This document shows positions 1 to 7,379 of a stretch of DNA of 28,686 bases, in pieces. Made by a program: the position numbers and the translations under genes. The DNA is from a virus (taxonomy: Duplodnaviria; Caudoviricetes), in IMG/VR virus record IMGVR_UViG_3300027627_000219, positions 1-28,686 of that record. The stretch is one strand, 5' to 3'. Each line of letters opens with the position of its first letter. The first letter of the stretch is position 1. The notes beneath the pieces are model-generated. The model was not told where the DNA came from and did not search any database. It saw nothing but the letters and a program-made list of their open reading frames with translations.

Positions 1-2
1 AT

Positions 3-302
3 GCGCATTTCGAGGCTTTGCAGCCGAAGATGATCACGTTGCTGGAGAACCCGGTATTTCTAGGGGACATCAGCAACATGAGCAATGGCGAAAAGCTGAA
101 GGCTGCATACGATGTTGCGTTGCGACTTGATGAAACGATCCCGAAAACTGTTCAACAACAGACTTCCGTTGCACAAGTCCAAAAAGCAAAAGCAGCAGCA
201 ATACAGGTCAGAGGCGCACCTAGTTCCTCTGCGAGTGCTGCTCCAAATGTAAATGATCGCCGGTCCGTTATTGCGAATGCGATACGGCAGGCACAACATT
301 GA
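3..302 (+). CDS. capsid scaffolding protein, C-terminal part (5' truncated by window edge)
   Basis: Frame open from the window edge (AHFEALQPKMITLLE...); Ala/Gln-rich helical tail ending ...RRSVIANAIRQAQH, directly before the capsid gene RBS (gaggt, 301-305). Confidence 0.65.
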   Translation, partial: AHFEALQPKMITLLENPVFLGDISNMSNGEKLKAAYDVALRLDETIPKTVQQQTSVAQVQKAKAAAIQVRGAPSSSASAAPNVNDRRSVIANAIRQAQH

Positions 303-313
303 GGTAAACGCTA

Positions 314-1525
314 ATGGCTTACGCAAATAGCAATTACAGCGATGTTCTTGCAACCACGATTGAGTCTCGGTCAGGCATCGTTGCGGATAACGTAACGAAA
401 AACAATGCCCTGCTGACTCGGCTGCAGGAGAAAGGCCGTTATAAGCCCGTCTCCGGTGGCTCGACAATCCTGCAAGAACTGTCGTTCCAAGGCAACTCGA
501 CTGCAATGTATTACTCTGGCGCAGAGGTGCTCGACATCTCTCCCGCCGATGTGATCAGCGCGGCTCAGTATCCGATCAAGCAGGCCGCGGTTGCGGTGAC
601 GATCAACGGTCTGGAAATGCTGCAGAACGCTGGCGAAGAGCAGATCATCGATCTGTTCGACGCACGGCTGGATGTCGCAGAAGCCAGCATCGAGAACCTG
701 ATCTCCACCGGCATCTATTCTGACGGCACGGGTTCGAACGGGAAGCAGATCACGGGTCTGCAGGCGATGGTTGTAGCTTCGCCTTCAACCGGGACGGTCG
801 GTGGCATTGACCGCTCAACGTGGAGCTTCTGGCGCAACCAGGTCTTCGACTTCTCGACAACCTTGAGCGCGTCAGCTTCAGCGTCCAACATCCAGACGGG
901 CTTTAATGCTCTGTATGCGAAGACAAGCCGCGGCTCTGACGTTGTTGACCTGATTCTGCTGGACAACAACTTCTGGGGATTCTTTATGTCCTCGATCCAG
1001 AATCTGCAGCGTTTCCCGACCTCGAGCAAGATGGCGGATCTGGGATTCGTTGCATCAAAGTACATGAACTGCGATGTGGTTCTGGACGGTGGTATCGGAG
1101 GCAACGTGCCTGCGAATACCGGATATTTTCTCAACTCGAAGTACATTTTCTTCAGGCCTATGGCGGCAAGGAATTTCGTACCGATCGGGGACGAGAGGAT
1201 GTCTACGAACCAAGACGCTAAACCAACTTTGCATTAACGCACAAAGATGGCGTCTCTAAATCTTCTCTTATTGACTTGGAAACCCAGAAGTGGGCAACAG
1301 GGCGCAAGCAGCGAAAGTGTGCAGCGTGAACGACTAAGTGAGAAGACCGGCAATGCCGGATGCGATAGTCTGAACTTGGGTATAACCAAAGAAGCCCAAG
1401 AGTGTAATCCGAAGCGGTTACACCACATCGAAAGATGGAGTAACAAATTGATCGTGCGTTTGATTGGGTGGGCAGGCAACATGACTGCCTCTGGCTTGCA
1501 GTTCCAAGGCATTCTTACTGAATAG
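314..1525 (+). CDS. major capsid protein, spliced: exon 1 314..1219 + exon 2 1451..1525 (326 aa)
   Basis: Capsid-like sequence (IESRSGIVADNVTKNNALL, GGSTILQEL, GIYSDGTG, GGIDRSTWSFWRNQ). The unspliced ORF stops at 1237; joining 1219 to 1451 restores in frame ...ERMSTNQDA|IVRLIGWAGNMTASGLQFQGILTE, a typical capsid C-terminus. Confidence 0.9.
1220..1450 (+). ncRNA. group I self-splicing intron (231 nt, no homing endonuclease)
   Basis: 5' exon ends in U and intron ends in G; P1 gacgcu (1214-1219) / ggcguc (1249-1254) with U.G at the splice site; P3 ucuucuc (1261-1267) / gagaaga (1340-1346); P7 gacua (1332-1336) / uaguc (1366-1370); P8 ccggc-aau-gccgg; P9-region hairpins including cauc-GAAA-gaug. 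Confidence 0.92.
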
Positions 1526-1534
1526 GAGAAGATC

Positions 1535-2068
1535 ATGGCTGACTATGTTACTGATGGAAAAATCGGCGTAGATCTGACGGCTATTTATGCGTCTGTCTCT
1601 GCGGGTTCGACTTCGACGTTCCCCGCTACGCCTGGAGAGACTGTAATGACCAGCAATAACGGTCGCTACATTTTCGCAAGGGCTGAGTCCACGATTGCCC
1701 AGTTCGACGCGGTGGTCTTTAGCACGTTCTCTGATTCGGCATCCGCTACGCCGATTCTGAGGGCTGTGCCGATCACAACGACGAATGCGGCAGCTCTGGG
1801 ATTTTCGATGGTCGGGGTCGCTCAAACGGCGATCACCAGCGCGTACTACGGCTGGATCGGCTTGAACGGAGTTCTTAGGACAAACCTGTTGATCGCTTGC
1901 AATCCCAAGGTGCCGCTGTACACCACCGCTACCGCGGGATCGCTTGATGACACAACGGTGAGTTCTGGGTATATCCAAGGCATCGTTGCCAACACTTCGG
2001 CAACGTCTGCTTCGGCTCCGTTCTGCATTGTCAACAATGCTGGCTTGATGACCTCTAATCCGGTCTGA
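1535..2068 (+). CDS. capsid decoration/cement protein, Ser/Thr/Ala-rich
   Basis: Immediately after the capsid gene, strong RBS (aggag), followed by a terminator; beta-rich with GVAQTAI...YYGWI motif typical of cement proteins. Confidence 0.7.
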   Translation: MADYVTDGKIGVDLTAIYASVSAGSTSTFPATPGETVMTSNNGRYIFARAESTIAQFDAVVFSTFSDSASATPILRAVPITTTNAAALGFSMVGVAQTAITSAYYGWIGLNGVLRTNLLIACNPKVPLYTTATAGSLDDTTVSSGYIQGIVANTSATSASAPFCIVNNAGLMTSNPV

Positions 2069-2074
2069 TGAAAA

Positions 2075-2108
2075 GGGGAACCCTTCTAGACGTAGAGGGG
2101 TTTTTCTT
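2075..2108 (+). terminator. intrinsic terminator after capsid/decoration genes
   Basis: aacccttcta-gacg-tagaggggtt hairpin followed by tttctt. Confidence 0.75.
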
Positions 2109-3746
2109 ATGACATTTGTTCCTCTCAAAATCGTTGGCAAATGCGTGATGGATGACGACACGTTATTCAGCGCAATGGACTTCGCTATTGCCAAAGGTTT
2201 CCCAGAGATCAAGCGCATGGAGCCAGCGCGGGATGGCGTTGTTGCCATCATTGCGTCTGGGCCGAGTGTGGCGGGTCAAATAGATGTCATAAGAAAAATG
2301 CAGCAGGCAGGGACACCTCTTGTTGCGGTGAAAGACGCGCATGACTGGCTGATAGAAAACGACATCATCCCCGAGTTTGCTCTGGCGATAGATCCACAAG
2401 AGCATCGTTGGAACTGCTTCAAACGCAAGCACGAGGCTGTAAAGTATCTGATTGCCAGCCAATGCCACCAGGCGATGTTTGAGCACCTTGATGGCTACGA
2501 TGTCACGATCTGGCATCCGTACATCACCAAGGGACAGACGAGACCTCTGAACCGCATGGTGGTCGGAGGTGGAACGACTTCCGGCTTGAGGGCAATAAGT
2601 CTGTTCTACACGCAGGGCTGGCGGCACTTTGCGCTGTTTGGGTTTGACTCATGCAATGACGGTCCGAGCCTGCGGGTCAACGGCGATCGGATCAAGGCCG
2701 ATGACAAGCTGCACGAGGTCAGGATCGATCTGGAGGGTGAAACCTTCTACTGCAACGCAGCGATGGCATTGCAGGCAGAGCACTTCCAGACCTATTACGA
2801 TGCCATCCCAGACGCTCAATTTTACGGGTACGGGCATGGACTGATTCAGTCCATCATTGCCAAGCGGGAGAAGAATCTCGAACTGTTACAACAGCAGAAG
2901 AACGAGCCTCCAGATAACAGGGTTTCTTTCATCCATTTCGGGAATGCAACGTCTGCATCGTGGCGTTATCGGGCAAACATTCCCGCCGATGGCTGGGCAA
3001 CGCTCAATGATCTGACTGCCGGGACGCTGGTATTTGCAAAACCACAAGCCACCGAATTGATGGCAATGGCGGCAGCAAAGATGCAAGGCAAGCGGGTTAT
3101 TGTAGATTTCTGCGACGATCATTTTGATTGGACGCACTATGCCGAGGCTTTGCGGCTTGCGGATGTTGTGACTTGCCCGACAGAAGCCATGCAGCAAAGA
3201 ATTGCAGAGCTCGGCAAACAGGCAACGGTCATTCCAGATCCGTTCGAATATCCTGAGTGCGGTCCACACAGCCGCGGGAAAAATCTTCTGTGGTTTGGTC
3301 ATGCGGTCAACAAAGCCAGCCTGGACAGAATCCTGCCGGATCTGAACGACTACCCGCTGCGGGTGGTGAGCAACTTTGCAGGGGCAATCCCGTGGAGCCA
3401 TGAAACGATGCTTGATGAATTCATGGTTGCAGACATCGTTGTTGTGCCTGCGACCGACGAAAAGAAAAGTGCGAACCGAGTTATCGAGTCGATCAGGCAG
3501 GGCTGCTTCGTGGTGGCAGAGCCCCATCCGGCGATCAAAGACTTCCCCGGCATCTGGATCGGCGACATCAAAGAGGGCATCGAATGGGCGCTACAGAACC
3601 AGCACGAAGCAAACCGGCGCATTGGGAAGGCTCAAAGATACTTGAAGGCAAAATATACGCCGCGAATATGTCGCGCCATGTGGAAGACGATTACGAAACT
3701 GCCTACAACCTCGGATGCGGCAAAAAGAACTGGCACGGATGGATAA
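2109..3746 (+). CDS. fusion of MptE/Maf-like (DUF115) domain and GT-B glycosyltransferase domain
   Basis: N-half: AIIASGPSV, AHDWLIENDIIPEFALAIDP, GGTTSGLRAISLFYTQGWRHFALFGFDSC. C-half: IVDFCDDHF, ADVVTCPT, VIPDPFE, LLWFGH, KSANRVIESIRQGCFVVA. Confidence 0.8.
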   Translation: MTFVPLKIVGKCVMDDDTLFSAMDFAIAKGFPEIKRMEPARDGVVAIIASGPSVAGQIDVIRKMQQAGTPLVAVKDAHDWLIENDIIPEFALAIDPQEHRWNCFKRKHEAVKYLIASQCHQAMFEHLDGYDVTIWHPYITKGQTRPLNRMVVGGGTTSGLRAISLFYTQGWRHFALFGFDSCNDGPSLRVNGDRIKADDKLHEVRIDLEGETFYCNAAMALQAEHFQTYYDAIPDAQFYGYGHGLIQSIIAKREKNLELLQQQKNEPPDNRVSFIHFGNATSASWRYRANIPADGWATLNDLTAGTLVFAKPQATELMAMAAAKMQGKRVIVDFCDDHFDWTHYAEALRLADVVTCPTEAMQQRIAELGKQATVIPDPFEYPECGPHSRGKNLLWFGHAVNKASLDRILPDLNDYPLRVVSNFAGAIPWSHETMLDEFMVADIVVVPATDEKKSANRVIESIRQGCFVVAEPHPAIKDFPGIWIGDIKEGIEWALQNQHEANRRIGKAQRYLKAKYTPRICRAMWKTITKLPTTSDAAKRTGTDG

Positions 3747-4183
3747 ACGTCGATCAATGCGAAACGGCAGACCTCCGATGCGACATCCGCAAGCTGGAGA
3801 TTGCCAATGATTCAGCCGATGCGGTTGCTGCAATCCATGTTCTGGAACACTTCTACGATTGGGAAGCGTTCGATCTGCTCACGGAATGGAAACGCATCTT
3901 GAAACCTGACGGCAAAATGATCATCGAGGTGCCTTGCCTGGACAAGGTATTTGCCTACATTGCGGATCAAATATCAAAAAACGAAATCTTAGAAAAGTAC
4001 ATGACTGTGCATCCGATATTCGGCGATGGAAAATATAAAAACCCAGCCATGATGCACAAGACAGGTTATTTCGTGAACAGCCTGAACAATTTGTTGATCG
4101 ATGTTGGAATGCGCGAGGTCACCCTGTGCGAGCCGCGCTACCACTTTCCGCACCGCGACATGAGGTTTGAAGCAATCAAATGA
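3668..4183 (+). CDS. class I SAM-dependent methyltransferase (Methyltransf_11-like)
   Basis: NLGCG motif I, CDIRKL, IHVLEHF, EWKRILKPDGKMIIEVP. Start uncertain (ATG 3668, GTG 3680, or 3584). Confidence 0.85.
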   Translation: MSRHVEDDYETAYNLGCGKKNWHGWINVDQCETADLRCDIRKLEIANDSADAVAAIHVLEHFYDWEAFDLLTEWKRILKPDGKMIIEVPCLDKVFAYIADQISKNEILEKYMTVHPIFGDGKYKNPAMMHKTGYFVNSLNNLLIDVGMREVTLCEPRYHFPHRDMRFEAIK

Positions 4184-5016
4184 TCGGCGTGATGACAAAC
4201 GAGGACCGGCACAACCAGATGGCGAAAGCCATAGGTCTGTTCCCTATGCTGCAAAAGCGAGGCAAGTTCCTGCCTCGCCGAGCCTCGATTGCCTGCTACG
4301 GGCCGAGCCTTGCCGATACCTGGCAGAAGCTGCGCCGCCCCATCATCACCGTTTCTGGTGCGCACGATTACCTGGTGGAGCGCGGGATCGTGCCTGATTT
4401 CCATGTGGACTGCGATCCCAGACCGCACAAGCCAGAAATGCTCAGGAAGCCCCAGAAGGCGACGATTTACCTGATGGCTAGTGTCTGCCATCCCCGGTTC
4501 TGGGAAGCCCTGCAGGGGCGTTCTGTGCGGTTGTGGCACCTGATTAACGGGGACGACTTGGAAACGGTGGCATGGGTTGCCCAAAACCATCCGGTGGGCA
4601 TCAAAAGCATGATCGGCGGCGGTTCGTCGGTAGGAATGCGAGCGATGAACGTGGCGGCGGCGCTTGGATACCGGAAATTCGACATCCACGGGATGGATTG
4701 CTCGTTCACCGAAAACCGTCACGCTGGGGCGCATACCGGCGGCAAGCAAGTCGAAACTCTGGTGCAAGCGGGTGACAGGATTTTCAAGACAACCAAGCAA
4801 ATGCTGCAAGCGGCGATCGAGATGGAGCATTTCCTGCAACAGCAGGACGCGGAAGTACGGTTTTACGGTGATGGACTCATGCAAGCAACTTCTAAAATTC
4901 TGAGGCAAAGAGATGAAACAAGAAACTGCGGGATGGACGAACGAACTGTTCATGGCAGAAACCCAAGGGAAAAACGCAGTCTTTTTCCATCCGGTGCAAG
5001 TGCAGAACGATTTTAA
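4180..5016 (+). CDS. second MptE/Maf-like (DUF115) protein
   Basis: IACYGPSL, AHDYLVERGIVPDFHVDCDP, GGGSSVGMRAMNVAAALGYRKFDIHGMDCS; paralogous to the N-half of 2109..3746; ATGA overlap with the methyltransferase. Confidence 0.8.
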   Translation: MIGVMTNEDRHNQMAKAIGLFPMLQKRGKFLPRRASIACYGPSLADTWQKLRRPIITVSGAHDYLVERGIVPDFHVDCDPRPHKPEMLRKPQKATIYLMASVCHPRFWEALQGRSVRLWHLINGDDLETVAWVAQNHPVGIKSMIGGGSSVGMRAMNVAAALGYRKFDIHGMDCSFTENRHAGAHTGGKQVETLVQAGDRIFKTTKQMLQAAIEMEHFLQQQDAEVRFYGDGLMQATSKILRQRDETRNCGMDERTVHGRNPREKRSLFPSGASAERF

Positions 5017-5527
5017 GACTGCGGAAGCTGGGAGGCCCATTTTCCAAGAGCAGATATTCATCAAAAAGCTGATCTCTGGGGACAACACGCTCATCATTGA
5101 TCGCAAGATGAGGGCCACCGACGAAGACGAGCATCCGAAAGAGTGGGAGATGTTCAAGAACAAGCGGCTGAACATCGTGCCGGGAACGCCGATTGATGCG
5201 TGGCACATCCTGAGCGAAACGCAGAAAGCCGAGTTCAAGGCTCTGAACATTTTCACCATCGATCAGTTTGCCCAGCTGCCTGACATTGCCGGCTTGAAGA
5301 TCATGGGGTTCAACGAACTGCGAACCAAGGCTCGGACATTCATTTCGGCAAGCAAGGACTCGGAAGTCTTTGCCGCGATGAAAACCGACATGGATGCTAA
5401 ACTGGAAACCAAATCCAAAGAGATCGACGAGTTGCGGAAAATGATCGAAAGTTTCCAGCAAAAACCCAAGAAACTCGGCAGGCCGAAAAAGGTTAAAAAT
5501 GAGCTACACGCTGCTGCAACTGGTTGA
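4913..5527 (+). CDS. conserved phage protein of the head-tail region
   Basis: AEAGRPIF...GTPIDAW...LNIFTIDQFA pattern, C-terminal coiled coil and basic GRPKK tail; located before the adaptor. Confidence 0.7.
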   Translation: MKQETAGWTNELFMAETQGKNAVFFHPVQVQNDFKTAEAGRPIFQEQIFIKKLISGDNTLIIDRKMRATDEDEHPKEWEMFKNKRLNIVPGTPIDAWHILSETQKAEFKALNIFTIDQFAQLPDIAGLKIMGFNELRTKARTFISASKDSEVFAAMKTDMDAKLETKSKEIDELRKMIESFQQKPKKLGRPKKVKNELHAAATG

Positions 5528-6416
5528 CCAGGTCTCCGGTGAGCTGGGTCTGACTCAGCCCACCGCGGTGATCGGCTCAAGCACCAATCAGACGGTTCAG
5601 TTCCTTGCCCTGGCGCAACGCCTCGGCAAGGATCTGGTGCGCGACTTTGAGTGGCAGAGGCTGGTGCAGGCGTACATCTTCCAGACTACCGCCGCGACAA
5701 CCACCACAGGAACCATCACAGCGGCTTCTGCGGTCATCACTTCCATCCCCAGTACCGCAGCCCTCGCCGTTGGAAACGTGGTCACAGGGACAGGGCAAGC
5801 CCCCTACGCGCAGATCCTGACGATCGACAGCGGGACGCAAGTGACTCTAGACACGCCGGTAACCACCTCGACCGCGGCTGTCAGCATGACGTTTGCAAAA
5901 CAGGACTATTCCTTGCCCAGCGGCTTTGACCGGATGATCAGCGACACGCAATGGGATCGGACGGACCATTGGCGGAACATGGGGACAAAAAGCAGTCAGG
6001 AATGGCAATACTTGCAGGGCGGGGTGATTTCGGTGGGACCGAGAGAGCGTTACCGTATCTACAACCAGAAATTCAGGATATTCCAAGCGTTGACAACGGT
6101 TTATACGTTTTCGTTTGAATATGTCAGCAACTATTGGGTCATGGCTACGGGCGCGACTGTCGGATCAAAATCAGAATATACCGCCGATTCGGACGTTTCG
6201 GTGTTCCCTGATGACCTGATGTTGGCGGGACTCAAGTATTACTTCCTGAAGGCGAAAAAGCTCGATTATGGGATTGAGTTGGGTGAATTCACACGGGCGC
6301 TGAGTTACTGCAAGGCGCAGGACGTTCCGGTGCCGAGCGTCAGTCTGGCTCCGACAGGGATGCACGAGCTCGTCGGGCCGTGGTCGATCCAAGATGGCAA
6401 CTGGCCTGCCGCCTGA
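5499..6416 (+). CDS. head-to-tail adaptor (tail tubular protein A-like) with Thr-rich insertion
   Basis: TLLQLVDQVSGELGL N-terminal helix, DYSLPSGFDR, FPDDLMLAGLKYYFL; position upstream of the nozzle. Confidence 0.7.
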   Translation: MSYTLLQLVDQVSGELGLTQPTAVIGSSTNQTVQFLALAQRLGKDLVRDFEWQRLVQAYIFQTTAATTTTGTITAASAVITSIPSTAALAVGNVVTGTGQAPYAQILTIDSGTQVTLDTPVTTSTAAVSMTFAKQDYSLPSGFDRMISDTQWDRTDHWRNMGTKSSQEWQYLQGGVISVGPRERYRIYNQKFRIFQALTTVYTFSFEYVSNYWVMATGATVGSKSEYTADSDVSVFPDDLMLAGLKYYFLKAKKLDYGIELGEFTRALSYCKAQDVPVPSVSLAPTGMHELVGPWSIQDGNWPAA

Positions 6417-7333
6417 TGGCTGACGAGCGCCTTGTGGCTGCTTTACTCCAGCAAGAGCTGGATGCAGCCCAGCGCCCCTATTTCGGCAATCCAAACCTTG
6501 CCGCGCAGGGACGAAGAGCAAATATTGCAGAACGCTCAAAAGCGTTTCCTTTTATGGAGGCTGCAAATGCTCAGTTTGAAAAAGAAAAGTCGAGCTTGTC
6601 AGATCGAGGCGCAGTCACCGATCTGATTAACAAAGGGTTCATTGCTGGGCTGGGTGGTGCGCCGGTGGACATAATTAACATGGGTTTGACTCCGCTGGGC
6701 ATGGGTTCGGCATTCCCTTTTGGTGGGTCTGAACACATCAAACGGGCGATGGAAGATTACGGAGTTGCCACGCCGACAGAACGACCGATCTTTGAAGGCA
6801 TAGCCAGCCTGACCCCGCCGAGGGCTGTGATGGGTGTTGCGCGGGTTGCAGGGCAGGGTGCCGAGGCTTTAGGCAGGGCAGCGGTTCCGGTGGCTGGGCA
6901 GGCACTTGAGAACTACATGGGCAGGACGGGAATGCAGTTAAGTGTTGCTCCAAAAGCAATAAAAGACTTAATGCCAACAGAATATAAATCTGCCATGTCT
7001 ATTGAACCGCCGCACAACGTTAGAGACGCAAAAAAATTATTGTCACTTACCGAATCAATGAAAAATACTGGGTGGCAAGGAAGGCCAATTCTTACATATG
7101 ACGTTGGCAGAGGAGAAGAAGCATTAACTGGATCACACAGAATTGAAGCAGCAAGAGAAGCAAATATTGAAGTGCCAATATACAGAATTGAAAACGCTGG
7201 TGATTACGTTGATAAAAATGGAAAGTCAATCGTAGATGTTGGGTTTATGGAGTTAGATGACCAAGTTAAATGGTTAAATAAATTTGGTGATAAAAATGCT
7301 GCAAAATTGTTAAAACAAGAACCGGAGTTGTAA
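6416..7333 (+). CDS. putative virion/ejected protein with C-terminal ParB/Srx-like domain
   Basis: TGATG coupling to the adaptor; Gly/Ala-rich N-part (GLGGAPVDIIN); C-part LTESMKNTGWQGRPIL...LTGSHRIEAAREA matches the ParB-N GxHR signature. Confidence 0.7.
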   Translation: MADERLVAALLQQELDAAQRPYFGNPNLAAQGRRANIAERSKAFPFMEAANAQFEKEKSSLSDRGAVTDLINKGFIAGLGGAPVDIINMGLTPLGMGSAFPFGGSEHIKRAMEDYGVATPTERPIFEGIASLTPPRAVMGVARVAGQGAEALGRAAVPVAGQALENYMGRTGMQLSVAPKAIKDLMPTEYKSAMSIEPPHNVRDAKKLLSLTESMKNTGWQGRPILTYDVGRGEEALTGSHRIEAAREANIEVPIYRIENAGDYVDKNGKSIVDVGFMELDDQVKWLNKFGDKNAAKLLKQEPEL

Positions 7334-7379
7334 ATAAATGGAACCAACCAGCACAGGTGTACAGAAATGGCATTAAATA

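Noticed and set aside
1220-1450. Programmed frameshift, intein or assembly artefact explaining the split capsid
   Set aside because: Both parts are in the same frame, there is an in-frame stop, there are no intein terminal residues, and the insert has a coherent group I fold.
1247-1525. 92-aa ORF as a stand-alone gene or homing endonuclease
   Set aside because: No RBS and no LAGLIDADG/GIY-YIG/HNH motif; it is intron core sequence plus capsid exon 2.
3668-5016. Long gene overlaps (3668-3746, 4913-5016) as overprinted functions
   Set aside because: Overlapping tails look like low-information extensions past the conserved domains; start sites are uncertain.
4138-5461. Long antisense ORFs (373 aa, 189 aa) and similar ones across the late region
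   Set aside because: Shadows of well-supported + strand genes; no motifs.
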